DNA from: Minisyncoccota bacterium
GTDB lineage: Bacteria > Patescibacteriota > Minisyncoccia > Phycocordibacterales > JABAAK01
Reading direction: 5' to 3'
NCBI GenBank assembly: GCA_963668425.1
Contig: OY764332.1
Coordinates: forward strand, 460,336 to 524,335
Length of the DNA: 64,000 bases
Shown here: positions 10,293-23,423 of the stretch, piece after piece
Layout: the number at the start of each line of letters is the position of its first letter
How positions within the stretch are numbered: the stretch's first letter is position 1
Position numbers and translations under genes: made by a program
Notes under the pieces: model-generated
What the model was told of the DNA's origin: nothing
The model's database searches: none
The model's input: the letters and a program-made list of their open reading frames with translations, nothing else

Positions 10293-10565
10293 GGTATCCG
10301 TTGCACATGCTCTGTTTTGAAGCATTGCATATCTTGTATTCCTCGTGCGGCCTAACCCGCCTGCAAAGTACTGTGCCTCACGATCTTTCTAAAAGGCACT
10401 CGGAATGCAAATATGCAATGCTTTTATTTGCGTATGTTCAAACGTGTACCTCTCGTTGGTGGATAGGGGCGATATTTGGTTAGTGTTGTGCTAAACGGAG
10501 TGATCTTCGCTGGGTGTGCATCACGTGTTTCATACCGCAGTTTTGTTGTATGTGCAACGGATACC
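10293..10565. mobile_element. MITE-like element, copy 1
   Basis: 16-bp terminal inverted repeats GGTATCCGTTGCACAT/ATGTGCAACGGATACC, CTC(G) on both flanks, near-identical copy at 12010..12281. Confidence 0.75.
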
Positions 10566-10639
10566 TCTCGCCGGTGGATAGGGGTGGTGTCTGTGTGTAG
10601 GGTCTGTGGTGTGTTTGGTATGGTATTATATTTTTTAAT

Positions 10640-11233
10640 ATGCAGTCATATTTATTCTTTGGTCCTCCGGGTTCGGGCAAAGGGACGCAGAAAGATTTAT
10701 TAGCTGGTTTTTTGGAAGGGCGAAGTGGAAATTTTCCTGTTGTTATAGAAACTGGGCAATTGTTGCGTGATTTTGTTGCAGAGAAGGACACGTTGGTTAA
10801 GCGATGTCTCGCTGATGTTATGGCAAGTGGTGGATTGGTGCCATCTGCATTTCCTATTAGTGGCTGGGTGCAATCTCTATTGCAAGAGGTGGGGAATTGC
10901 GAGCATGTTATTGTTGATGGTGCTGGTAGAAAGTTGCTTGAGGCAATAATTATTGTTGAGTTGTTGCAGTTTTTTCCTGATTCGCATATTCATATTGTGT
11001 TCCTTGAGGTGCCTGATAGTGAGGTGACGGATCGGTTACTGAAACGAGGGAGGGCGGATGATAAGGTTGATGTTATTAAAACCCGTCTTGAGAAGTATAA
11101 AGACAAGAAAGTAGGAACTACGGCGTCTATTAATTTTTTGCGGAAGAATGATGAGGTTGCTTTTCATGCTGTGGATGGTGTTGGGAAAATAGAGGAAGTG
11201 CATCAGCGAGTGCGTGATACACTTGGGATATGA
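10640..11233 (+). CDS. adk: Adenylate/nucleoside monophosphate kinase (short-LID type)
   Basis: GPPGSGKGTQ, TGQLLR, GGLVP, RGRADD; adk-map synteny. Confidence 0.85.
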   Translation: MQSYLFFGPPGSGKGTQKDLLAGFLEGRSGNFPVVIETGQLLRDFVAEKDTLVKRCLADVMASGGLVPSAFPISGWVQSLLQEVGNCEHVIVDGAGRKLLEAIIIVELLQFFPDSHIHIVFLEVPDSEVTDRLLKRGRADDKVDVIKTRLEKYKDKKVGTTASINFLRKNDEVAFHAVDGVGKIEEVHQRVRDTLGI

Positions 11234-12003
11234 TTGTTACAGAGGAGAGCCAAAGAGAAATATTGTGTGAGGCGGGGAAGCGGCTACGGAAAGTGCTTGA
11301 TGCTGTTTTAGATCGTATTACTGCCGGAATAGATGCAAAATCTTTGGATGCCTTGGCACACAGTATGATTGTGGACGGCGGTGATACCCCAACCTTTTTG
11401 GGGTATCGTCCTCCTGGAGTGGCAGAAGGATATCCGGCGGTGTTGTGTGTGTCGGTGAATGATGAGGTGGTTCATGGCGTTCCCAAAAAGGAGACCGTGT
11501 TCCAGGAGGGGGATGTGGTATCTGTTGATTGTGGACTGCAACATAGAGGAGTGTTTGTTGATGCGGCGTGTACTGTAGCTGTTGGCGAAGGAGATGAAAA
11601 AGCAAGAGATTTGTTGGAGGCGAATAAAAAGGCACTACGGCATGCGTTGGTGTTTGCTCGGGCGGGTGCGACGACGGGTGATATTGGAAGTGCGGTTGAG
11701 ACCATTGCAGAGGAGTATGGTTTTGTGACGCCACCTGAGTTGGGTGGGCATGGTGTTGGTAGTGCGCAGCATGAGGATCCGTTTATACCGAATATCGGAG
11801 ATCCAGGTGCTGGAGAGCGTTTGCAAGAGGGGCAAGTGCTTGCGATAGAGCCGATTTTTTTTGAAGGGGAAAATCCGCATGTTGTTGTTTCAGATGACGG
11901 GTTTACTTATAAAACAGTAAGTGGCGATCGGTCGTCACATTTTGAGCATACCGTGCTTTTGACGGAGGGGGTGCCGGTGTTGGTGACGGGAGAGATGTGG
12001 TAG
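11230..12003 (+). CDS. map: Type I methionine aminopeptidase
   Basis: CVSVNDEVVHGVP, GHGVG, AIEP, HFEHT. Confidence 0.95.
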   Translation: MIVTEESQREILCEAGKRLRKVLDAVLDRITAGIDAKSLDALAHSMIVDGGDTPTFLGYRPPGVAEGYPAVLCVSVNDEVVHGVPKKETVFQEGDVVSVDCGLQHRGVFVDAACTVAVGEGDEKARDLLEANKKALRHALVFARAGATTGDIGSAVETIAEEYGFVTPPELGGHGVGSAQHEDPFIPNIGDPGAGERLQEGQVLAIEPIFFEGENPHVVVSDDGFTYKTVSGDRSSHFEHTVLLTEGVPVLVTGEMW

Positions 12004-12009
12004 TGCTCG

Positions 12010-12281
12010 GGTATCCGTTGCACATGCTCTGTTTTGAAGCATTGCATATCTTGTATTCCTCGTGCGGCCTAACCCGCCTGCAAAGTACTGTGTCTTACGA
12101 TCTTTCTAAAAGGCACTCGGAATGCAAATATGCAATGCTTTCATTTGCACATGTTCAACGTGTACCTCTCGTTGGTGGATAGGGGCGATATTTGGTTGGT
12201 GTTGTGCTAAACGGGGTGATCTTCGCTGGGTGTGCATCACGTGTTTCATACCGCAGTTTTGTTGTATGTGCAACGGATACC
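12010..12281. mobile_element. MITE-like element, copy 2
   Basis: Same TIRs and interior as 10293..10565 with a few substitutions. Confidence 0.75.
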
Positions 12282-12424
12282 TCTCGTATGTGAATAGGGC
12301 GATACTTATTTTTTGTTTAATTAAAGAAAGTGCTTGTCGCGGGTACTATGTCGTGTTTATTTTTTTACTTTTGTGTGTGGCACTATGCAATTTTTTGTTT
12401 TGAGGGTGTGGTAGCATAAGGGTA

Positions 12425-12748
12425 ATGCGAGCCGTTTTACTTTTTTTAGTGTTGGTTATTGTGGTGCTTGTGGCGTATATATTGGTGCCAGTTGAGCGGA
12501 TGCAGTTGCAGGCGAAGGATACTATCCAGCAAGCACAATTGCTTCATACTTCACTTGATTTTGATACTGTTGTTGATGGCTTTGGTGCACTGCTTGAGAA
12601 ACAGGAGTATGTGTTGAATGGAGAAGGAGAGGTGGTTGAGCAAGGGGGTGCTGCCAATATGTCGGATGTGTTGGTTCCGGATACGTCATCTCAGAGTGCT
12701 GATGAGGTGGTGCCTGGAGAGGGAGATGGTGCAGTGTTGGTGCGGTGA
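12425..12748 (+). CDS. Hypothetical protein with N-terminal TM anchor
   Basis: Hydrophobic N-terminus, acidic tail, TAGCAT 7 nt upstream. Confidence 0.65.
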   Translation: MRAVLLFLVLVIVVLVAYILVPVERMQLQAKDTIQQAQLLHTSLDFDTVVDGFGALLEKQEYVLNGEGEVVEQGGAANMSDVLVPDTSSQSADEVVPGEGDGAVLVR

Positions 12749-12788
12749 GCGTTGTCAATTGTTTTGCTCGTTGCATTACAAGCAAACA

Positions 12789-12812
12789 AACCCAACACTT
12801 TTGTGTTGGGTT
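12789..12812. terminator. Probable bidirectional terminator
   Basis: AACCCAACAC-TTTT-GTGTTGGGTT. Confidence 0.65.
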
Positions 12813-13248
12813 CTTTCGACTGATTTCCATCAGCCATTCGGAAGACAGGTCTTTTCACCCTGCTCTATCCATCCTCCACATCCAAATGAGATGTTGGAGA
12901 ATCATTCGAAAGAATGTTTGCATTGTGAGCCACCTATAGCGGCGCGTTCGAATGCCGGCGAATTTGGTATAGTCCGGCTGCTGAGGCGCCGTGCTGCGGT
13001 GGCTTTCCACAATTCCATAAAGTAACCCGCTGTGGATTATCTTATGGAATTGTGGAACATTCATTCTTTCTTCTTTGAATGTCCTTTACTGTTTCTACTA
13101 TAGCATGTATATTTTTCTTTGTCAAGCCCCTAGAAAGAACTTGATTTTATAGGGTTTTGGTGAAAATAGTGTTGGTTTGCTTGAATTTGTGTCTACTATA
13201 TACATTATATTGTTTAATTTTCTTGATTTTGTGTAGTTGGCTGTTAGA

Positions 13249-13293
13249 GGTGCTTGTGGCGTATATATTGGTGCCAGTTGAGCGGATGCAGTT
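13249..13293 (+). repeat. 45-bp exact copy of 12463..12507
   Basis: GGTGCTTGTGGCGTATATATTGGTGCCAGTTGAGCGGATGCAGTT occurs twice. Confidence 0.9.
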
Positions 13294-13703
13294 TCTAAAA
13301 AGGGCAATAATTTTATCATAAGATTTTATATGATTTGTCAAGAGATATAGGAGGAGGCATCGCGCAAGGATACTACCTTGTGATTTGCTATTTTTTGGTT
13401 TTATTGCGTAATATTCCTTGCTATTATGGGGTTTTGTGGCATAACTATGGGTTGTGTTCTTAGTTTTTATGTGGTATAGTGTTGTTGACAAGTATTCTGT
13501 ATGTTATGCCATCAAGCACAACTATCCGTTACTACGTTGCTAATACCCTTTTGAATAACAGGGTTTTGGTCTGTATTTGGTGATTTTTTCTTCCGATATG
13601 ATCTGGGAGAGAGAGGTTGGTTTTTTTCGTATATTATGGTATGATGATATTGGTTACTGTTTTGTTTTCAAACAAACCCGTGGCCAAGCTACATCATATT
13701 ATT

Positions 13704-14723
13704 ATGAAAATACAAGTAAAAAAATTAGTAGATAAAGCATTGGAGTCGCTGACAGACCAACAGCGTCGGGTGCTTGTATTGCGTTATGGCTTGGACGGTA
13801 AAGGAAAACGAACGCTACAAGAAATCGCCGATGAATACTCATTGACCAGGGAGCGAATTCGCCAAGTTCAAAACATGGCTATTAGTGCTCTCGGCAAAGA
13901 TACCTGTGCGGGTCTGCTTGCCTCTGCCATGACCTATCTTGAAGACATGTTGCGCAAGTGCGGTGGTGTGACTTCTGTTGATGCTTTGTGTGCAAGTTGT
14001 GAATTTGCCACGAAAGCGGAGCATAATTATATTCACCTGCTTTTGATGGTCGGTAATTCTTTCTCTGTTTCTGATGCGACTGATGCTGTTGCTCAGTATT
14101 GGTATGTTGATGAAAAGCATAAGGGAGCTATTGACGCAACCTTGGACAGAGTGCATGAGGATGTTGAGAATCGTGGTGAGGTATTGCTGACTGATGATGA
14201 TATGCGACAATTGTTTGACGCGTTTAGTGTTGAACATAAAGAGCATCTCCCTATGTACAGTGACGCCATGCGTCTTTCGCTTAAGGTGAAGCAGAATCCC
14301 CTCGGTGAATGGGGTCTTGCAAGCCACCCTGAGGTTGCTTTGAATGGTCTTGCTGGTTACATTCGTCTTGTGCTTCGTGATGCGGGTGAGCCGCTTCATT
14401 TTAACAAAGTTGCTGATCGGATTTCAGGGCTGCGTGGTAAGAAGTGCCATCGTGGTAGCTGTCACAACGAATTAGTGCGACGAGATGAGTTTATTCTTGT
14501 TGGTCGCGGTCTGTACGCTCTTGACAGTATGGGATACCGTCCTGGTACTATTGCTGACATTATTGCTGCAGGTATTAAAGAGTTCGGACCTATGACACAG
14601 AAAGAGGTTATTGAATATGTGAGCCGTGAGCGTCATGTGAAGACACAATCTATCGTTTTGACACTCGGTAAGAAAGGTATGTTTACAAGAGATGAGCAGA
14701 GTCGGTACTGTTTGGCAGTATAA
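13704..14723 (+). CDS. Sigma-70 region-4 HTH protein with C-terminal winged-helix (HARE-HTH/RNAP delta-like) domains
   Basis: VLVLRYGL..RTLQEIA..LTRERIRQ; GEPLHF..HNEL..FILVGRGLYAL; lacks sigma region 2. Confidence 0.8.
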   Translation: MKIQVKKLVDKALESLTDQQRRVLVLRYGLDGKGKRTLQEIADEYSLTRERIRQVQNMAISALGKDTCAGLLASAMTYLEDMLRKCGGVTSVDALCASCEFATKAEHNYIHLLLMVGNSFSVSDATDAVAQYWYVDEKHKGAIDATLDRVHEDVENRGEVLLTDDDMRQLFDAFSVEHKEHLPMYSDAMRLSLKVKQNPLGEWGLASHPEVALNGLAGYIRLVLRDAGEPLHFNKVADRISGLRGKKCHRGSCHNELVRRDEFILVGRGLYALDSMGYRPGTIADIIAAGIKEFGPMTQKEVIEYVSRERHVKTQSIVLTLGKKGMFTRDEQSRYCLAV

Positions 14724-14777
14724 GTGCTTGATTTGCACTGTGAGATCCTGTTTGCATTGACTCTATCTACGATTAAC

Positions 14778-14813
14778 CGAAAAACCCCTTCCTATATATG
14801 GAGGGGTTTTTCG
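14778..14813. terminator. Intrinsic terminator
   Basis: CGAAAAACCCCT...AGGGGTTTTTCG. Confidence 0.75.
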
Positions 14814-14880
14814 CTTTGTAGGAGCGTTGGTTGTTGTAGATATCGTAGTATACTGTTTGTATATTTTGTATTAATGTCTT

Positions 14881-16326
14881 GTGTTCGTTATTTTTAGAGA
14901 CAATATTTATATTCCTTTTTTTAAGGTTGGATTCATGTGCCTCTTTTTTGCGTATATAGCGTACCTTGCGTATAACGTTGTTACGCCGGGTTACTTTATA
15001 GATGCTTTTTTTACCAATCCTTCTTTTTTTGTGGCGATTAAGTTTGCTGCGATATATTTGGTGTTTTGTGCTTTGGTAACATTGGTGTTGTCGGCAGCGC
15101 TGTATGCATATATTGAGGTTGGGCGGTATCGGCAGCAGGTGACATTTTTGAGTGAGGAGCGGAAGATTCTTGAGGTGCGTATTCCTGAGACGGGGCAGGA
15201 AACCCTCGCGTCTATGGAGGCGTTTCTTGAGATGATTTCATATGGTAGTGGTGAGGGGCGTTGGTTTCCGGTGTGGTGGAATGGTAAAAAGCGGGTGCTG
15301 TATTCATTTGAGATTATGTCCAAGGGTGGGATTGTTTCATTTGTTATACATACACGAGCGACTGTTGTAGAGGCAGTGTCATCGGCTATATATTCATTTT
15401 ACCCAAGAGCACAAGTCACAGAATCTGATGATTACGTATATGATTTTGAGTATGATGAGGAGGCGTATGATGTGTTTAGTATTGAGTGGAAGTTTAAAGA
15501 GGATAATGCGTTGCCAATTAAGACGTATGTGGAATTTCAAACTTTGCGGGAGCCAGTGGTTGCCCTTGATAAGACAACACAGCAGCCGATTGATCCGATC
15601 GCTGCGTTGTATGATTTTTTTGGCTCTATTTCCGGAGATGAGCAGTTGTGGGTACAGTATGTTTTTCGCACGCAGAAGTATAGTCGTGCTGAGGAGAGTG
15701 CGAGCGATGATCCGTTGGTGCGGGAGTATTGGAAGAAGCAGAAGTTTCCGGAGGAGGTACACGATGCGTTGGTTGCACTTGAGAAGAAAGTGCGTGGCGG
15801 TAGAGAAGAAGGGGTAGAGCCCGTGGTGTTGAACGCTGCGGAAGAGCGTTTACGAGAGATTGGCGCGCGCATTGCTGAGAAGCAGGCGTTGGAGGTAGGA
15901 ATACGGTCGTTGTATATTGCGAAAAAGGATGCATTTGACAGAGGAAGGATTCCCCCCTTTTTGTCGGTGTATAAACTGACGAACGCTGCCGATAATGCTT
16001 TGGTGCCACAAGGGACGATTCTTGAAGATGTTTCGCACATTCCTGCGCTTGAGCCGCCGCGGAGGGATAAACTTGAGGCGAAGAAGCAGTTGTTGCAGTT
16101 GTATCGGGATCGGATGTTTTGGTTTGCACCGGCGTTGCGTGAGTTTCAGCCATCTGATGAGACACGGAAGGGGGTTGATGGTCCGACGTTGAAGCGGGTT
16201 GCAACTGTGATGTCTACCGAGACCTTGGCGACTATTTGTCACTTTCCGACCGGTTATATTAAGACACCAACGGTACGGCGAGTGCTTTCTACCGAGGTTG
16301 AACCGCCTGAGAACCTACCTATATAA
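14881..16326 (+). CDS. Membrane-anchored hypothetical protein resembling CPR T4SS-ATPase-associated proteins
   Basis: 2 N-terminal TM; LEVRIP, YSFEI, YP.A, LPIKTY, E.LATICHFP, EPPENLP motifs. Confidence 0.75.
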   Translation: MFVIFRDNIYIPFFKVGFMCLFFAYIAYLAYNVVTPGYFIDAFFTNPSFFVAIKFAAIYLVFCALVTLVLSAALYAYIEVGRYRQQVTFLSEERKILEVRIPETGQETLASMEAFLEMISYGSGEGRWFPVWWNGKKRVLYSFEIMSKGGIVSFVIHTRATVVEAVSSAIYSFYPRAQVTESDDYVYDFEYDEEAYDVFSIEWKFKEDNALPIKTYVEFQTLREPVVALDKTTQQPIDPIAALYDFFGSISGDEQLWVQYVFRTQKYSRAEESASDDPLVREYWKKQKFPEEVHDALVALEKKVRGGREEGVEPVVLNAAEERLREIGARIAEKQALEVGIRSLYIAKKDAFDRGRIPPFLSVYKLTNAADNALVPQGTILEDVSHIPALEPPRRDKLEAKKQLLQLYRDRMFWFAPALREFQPSDETRKGVDGPTLKRVATVMSTETLATICHFPTGYIKTPTVRRVLSTEVEPPENLPI

Positions 16327-17519
16327 TGAGTAGTATGCATCAGTATCTTATTGTAATTCAGGAACACCTTGTTGGTTTGGGTGGATTGTTTGTGTCTTTT
16401 TTTTCGCGACGTAGGTTGGTGTATTGGTATGGTATTGCTAGTTTTTTATTTTTGCTTTTTTGCTTGTTGGCACTTTTTCTTTTGCCTCCGCTGGGGGAAG
16501 AGCGGTATCCGCAGGTGTTTATTGCTTCTGAAGGAAAGACGATACGGGCTATTGCTGGTGATCTGCGTCGACAGAATATTATTAGTTCTCCATCTCTTTT
16601 TATTTTTTCTAACTATCTATTTGGTGGGAATATTATGTGGGGTTCATACCATTTTCACAAATCACGCGGTGTAATTTTTCATGCACATGATTTGTATGTT
16701 GGCAGACAAAATATGCCACTTCGAAGGGTAAGGATACCTGAGCGTAGTGATGCGTATAAGATGGCTGATATATTTGAGAAGGAGTTTCCCGATTTTGATC
16801 GTGATGCATTTTTGGAGGTAGCGCTTCCACATCACGGTTATTTATATCCGGATACGTATTTATTTGCGCATAGTTACGGTTCTGTAAATCACCTTGTTGA
16901 AGTCATGACGGAAACTTTCAGGCAAAGAACAGCTGATTTGTTTGCTTCATATACTGGTGATTTAACTATGGATGAGATTGTGACGTTGGCGTCTATTGTT
17001 GACCTTGAGGCAAGTCGTTTTGAGGACAGGCGAAAAATAGCGCAGGTGCTTTTGAATCGGTTGGAGATTAATATGCCGTTGCAGGTTGATGTGTCGTTTT
17101 TGTTTATTGAGGATAAACATACCTTTCAGATCAGTCGTGATGATTTGGCTTCTGATGATCCCTCTAATACATATAAGTATGCTGGTATTCCTCCTATACC
17201 AATTACAAATCCGATCCGTGCATCTATTGAGGCCGTTATGGACCCAGAAGAGACAGACGCATTATATTTTTTGGCGGATTTTTATGGGAATACCTACTAC
17301 AGCAGAACTTTTCAAGAGCACTTGGTGAAGAAGGAGAAATACATAGACAGTGTGCGTAGGGAAAATGGTGGTCGTGTTCCTGTTGCATCAAAGCCAGATG
17401 GGGAGAAACAGGTGGTAGAGAGTGATCTAGATGAGGAGCGGCAGGTGGTAGAGGATGGAGACGGTGATGATAATGAGATGACTGCTTTGCCGTCTGGGTC
17501 GGTGATAATGAGAGAGTAG
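16326..17519 (+). CDS. mltG: Endolytic transglycosylase
   Basis: GYLYPDTY, LASIVDLEA, NRL..MPLQVD, NTYKYAGIPPIPITNP, ALYF. Confidence 0.93.
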   Translation: MSSMHQYLIVIQEHLVGLGGLFVSFFSRRRLVYWYGIASFLFLLFCLLALFLLPPLGEERYPQVFIASEGKTIRAIAGDLRRQNIISSPSLFIFSNYLFGGNIMWGSYHFHKSRGVIFHAHDLYVGRQNMPLRRVRIPERSDAYKMADIFEKEFPDFDRDAFLEVALPHHGYLYPDTYLFAHSYGSVNHLVEVMTETFRQRTADLFASYTGDLTMDEIVTLASIVDLEASRFEDRRKIAQVLLNRLEINMPLQVDVSFLFIEDKHTFQISRDDLASDDPSNTYKYAGIPPIPITNPIRASIEAVMDPEETDALYFLADFYGNTYYSRTFQEHLVKKEKYIDSVRRENGGRVPVASKPDGEKQVVESDLDEERQVVEDGDGDDNEMTALPSGSVIMRE

Positions 17520-17581
17520 GGCAACACCACCCTTTGTTTCCGTATACCTTATTTTTTGTTGTTGGTTTATACTGTTTGGTA

Positions 17582-18661
17582 ATGACTGGAGCAAAGAAGG
17601 GCGGTGTTTGTGGGCGTGTTGGGGTGTTGCTTTCTGGTGGGGTTGATTCGTCAGTTGCGGCACATTTGTTATTGCGGGACGGGTTTGCGGTATCAGGGGT
17701 GTTCATCACAATTTGGAACCCTTCGCATATTCCATGCACTGCGGCAACAGATCGGCAGGATGCAATGCGGGCATGTGCTGCGCTTGGCATTCCGTTTGTG
17801 GAGTACGATGCAACTGATGTGTACCGGAAGAAGGTGATAGATCCTTTTGTGGAGGCGTATCGCCGAGGTGAGACGCCGAACCCTGATGTGTTGTGTAATC
17901 AGTTTGTGAAATTTGGCGTGGCTTTTTCTTTTATTCTGGAAAAGGGGTTTGATTGTGTTGCGACTGGACACTATGGGCAGGTGCGAGAAGTTGGTGATGT
18001 GCGTCGGCTGTATCAATCTGTTGATACGGATAAGGATCAGACATATTTTATGTATACGATATCGCAGAAAGTGCTTGATAGGACTCTGTTTCCGGTTGGT
18101 GGGTACACAAAGCGACAGGTGCGTGCATTTGCTCATGTTGCCGATTTACCTGCTGCCGAAAAGAAGGACAGCGTTGGCTTATGTTTTTTGGGTGCTGTTT
18201 CTATGCGAGATTTTTTGTCAGCATACATTAAGACAAAGCAAGGTGACGTGTGTTTGCTTGGGAGTGGGAAGATTATTGGTACGCATGATGGTGCGTGGTT
18301 TTACACGCTTGGACAACGGCATGGGTTTAGTGTTGTAGATGTTGATCAAGGTCCATATGTTGTTGTTGGTAAGGATGTTGAGAGAAATGTGTTGTTTGTG
18401 CAAAAAGGTACTGCTGCTCGTGTGAGTGGCTCTTGTCAGTTTGCTCTCGGAGATGTTGTGTTTCGGCGATTGCCATTGGATGGTGAGGATTTTGTTGCAC
18501 GGTATCGGCATCGGGGGAATTTGTATCCGGCATCGCTTGAGGTGTGTGGTGATTCTGCTGTGGTTACCTTTGCGGAGAAACATGTGGTCGCGAAAGGACA
18601 GTCGGTGGTAGTGTATGGGAGTGATGAGGAGTGTCTCGGAGGAGGGGTGGTGCTCGGGTAG
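17582..18661 (+). CDS. mnmA: tRNA-specific 2-thiouridylase
   Basis: SGGVDSSVAA, TPNPDVLCN, ATGHY, KDQTYF, DSVGLCF, TLGQR. Confidence 0.96.
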   Translation: MTGAKKGGVCGRVGVLLSGGVDSSVAAHLLLRDGFAVSGVFITIWNPSHIPCTAATDRQDAMRACAALGIPFVEYDATDVYRKKVIDPFVEAYRRGETPNPDVLCNQFVKFGVAFSFILEKGFDCVATGHYGQVREVGDVRRLYQSVDTDKDQTYFMYTISQKVLDRTLFPVGGYTKRQVRAFAHVADLPAAEKKDSVGLCFLGAVSMRDFLSAYIKTKQGDVCLLGSGKIIGTHDGAWFYTLGQRHGFSVVDVDQGPYVVVGKDVERNVLFVQKGTAARVSGSCQFALGDVVFRRLPLDGEDFVARYRHRGNLYPASLEVCGDSAVVTFAEKHVVAKGQSVVVYGSDEECLGGGVVLG

Positions 18662-19091
18662 TCGCCGAACATGTTTTGCTTTCCTTTGGGTGCTGAGGTG
18701 GTGAGCGGAGTTAATCCCTCTTCGTTATGAGTGTGGTTTTTAGGTGAAGGCGATTTATTTGCTATGTAACCCTTGTCGGTGATATTATGTGTGTAGAGCG
18801 TAAGTGCAATTCCTTATTTTTTGGAGGTGAGAGCGTTGAGAATATCACGATTTCGTTCTCGGATTTTTTCAAAGAAGATTTTTTCTTGTCGGAAGAGAGA
18901 CCGTTCTGTGACCACTGTTTTGAATAAATGTGTTTCTGTTGAGGGTGCTTTTTTTGAGGTATCAGGTCTTTGTTATTTTCAAGATAGACAGACTGCACGT
19001 TGTTTTTATAGCAATTTGCAGGATTTGATACGGGCATTTAAGGGTAGAGATGGTAATTACTTTGAAAGTTCGCTTAGAAAGATATGATTTT

Positions 19092-19129
19092 TGCCCGACA
19101 GGAGGAGTGTGCCTCCTGTCGGGCATTTT
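19092..19129 (+). terminator. Strong terminator upstream of rRNA promoter
   Basis: 14-bp perfect stem TGCCCGACAGGAGG/CCTCCTGTCGGGCA then TTTT. Confidence 0.8.
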
Positions 19130-19182
19130 ACTTGTGATAGCAAGAGTTTTTTGTTAATTCACAACTTATACACAATGTGGTA

Positions 19183-19211
19183 TTGCGTTATTTTGGTGGG
19201 TTGGGTATACT
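19183..19211 (+). promoter_or_regulatory. Sigma-70 promoter for 23S-5S transcript
   Basis: TTGCGT-17 bp-TATACT; boxA-like TGATCTTTTAACAA at ~19323. Confidence 0.7.
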
Positions 19212-19451
19212 GAATTTGTGTTTAAGAAAAGCGATAAATTATAGGAACCTACAAGGGGCTTGATTTTTGTGTATAACGAGAAAAAAAGAACATTGCCCTT
19301 CAAAGGGCAATTTTCTTTGCACTGATCTTTTAACAATTAGCATTGCAAATAGCATGAGCAATTCGTTCATCAAATATTGATGAATAATTGGAACACAAAA
19401 ATAAAAAAAATAATAAAAATAAAGAACGTAAGCGGTTTTTGATTTCCTGTG

Positions 19452-22443
<2,992 letters not shown>

Positions 22444-22565
22444 ACAGGAAATCAAAAACCGTTTTTTATTGAGTATTTTTATTGAGTACACTGATGAGTT
22501 GCTCATGCTATTTGCAATGCACACGATCGGACATAGTCCGAATTTTATAGACACAATACATTGTT

Positions 22566-22684
22566 TTGTTCTGGTGATGAAACCGGAGGGGAAACACCTG
22601 TTCTCATTCCGAATACAGCCGTTAAGGCCTCCAGGGGCGATGGTACTGCTTTATAGCGGGAGAGTAGCTCGTCGCCAGTACAAA
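22566..22684 (+). rRNA. rrf: 5S ribosomal RNA (ends approximate)
   Basis: CTGGTG...ACACCTGTTCTCATTCCGAA...GATGGTACT...GGGAGAGTAG...CGCCAG. Confidence 0.93.
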
Positions 22685-22697
22685 GTAGTGTATGTAT

Positions 22698-22815
22698 TCG
22701 GGTATCCGTTGTACACTCTTTTTACTGTATCTTTGTTGATTGTCCAACGCGTACTTCTCGTGTGTGAATGAGGCGATATTTATTTTTTGTTTGATTAAAG
22801 AAAGTGATCTTCGCA
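22698..22815. repeat. Degenerate, internally deleted relative of the MITE-like repeat
   Basis: TCGGGTATCCGTTGTACA left end; block matching 12280..12332; GTGATCTTCGC motif. Confidence 0.65.
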
Positions 22816-23087
22816 GGCACTGCACTGGCTTAGAGTATTGCTATATCATGCAATCCTTTCGTTTGTACCTGTGCAATGTGTGTCCTTCATGTGTTGGTGG
22901 GTTTTGTGTGTATTGATACTAAAAATACCTTGTAAAATAAGGTTTTTCTTGGGAGGAAGGTGTCGTTCTTGTGGATGTATGCTACAATTATATTTACTTA
23001 TAGCACATATATAAGAGGGAGAGAGTGCTTTGTACATTTTTACTAATTTTGGCAGCACTATCGTGCTGTATTTTTTTTGGAGATGGA

Positions 23088-23423
23088 ATGAAAAATTTAT
23101 CTGCTTTTGAAGCTTTTGCTGAAATTGTTGCCATTGCGTTAGGGATTATATTTTTTGTGATGATGTTTGCTGCTGTTGGGTGTGATAGAGTTTCCAGTAT
23201 GGTTCAAATAATATCTGAGGCATCTGAAGCAGAAGAGATTAGAGAGAATGTGGTATCGGTGAGCAAGTCGTACAAGATTGTCGTTGATAGTGGTGCATCG
23301 TATGTTTACAGAACGGACCTTGATGGATACCCAAGGATGGTGATAATTGAGCGGGTTGGTGTATTTTCTGTTGAGTCCGTTGATGGAGAGCCCTTCAGTG
23401 CTCCGATTGGTCGATGGTTTTGA
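23088..23423 (+). CDS. Hypothetical membrane protein/lipoprotein
   Basis: GGAG SD, hydrophobic stretch ending AAVGC. Confidence 0.6.
   Translation: MKNLSAFEAFAEIVAIALGIIFFVMMFAAVGCDRVSSMVQIISEASEAEEIRENVVSVSKSYKIVVDSGASYVYRTDLDGYPRMVIIERVGVFSVESVDGEPFSAPIGRWF

Noticed and set aside
10301-12403. Twin ~60-aa ORFs (HMLCFEALHILY...)
   Set aside because: Lie inside the MITE-like repeat; frames diverge between copies; no transposase motifs
18727-19087. 88-aa ORF before the rRNA terminator
   Set aside because: No clear start or motifs; may be a decayed gene
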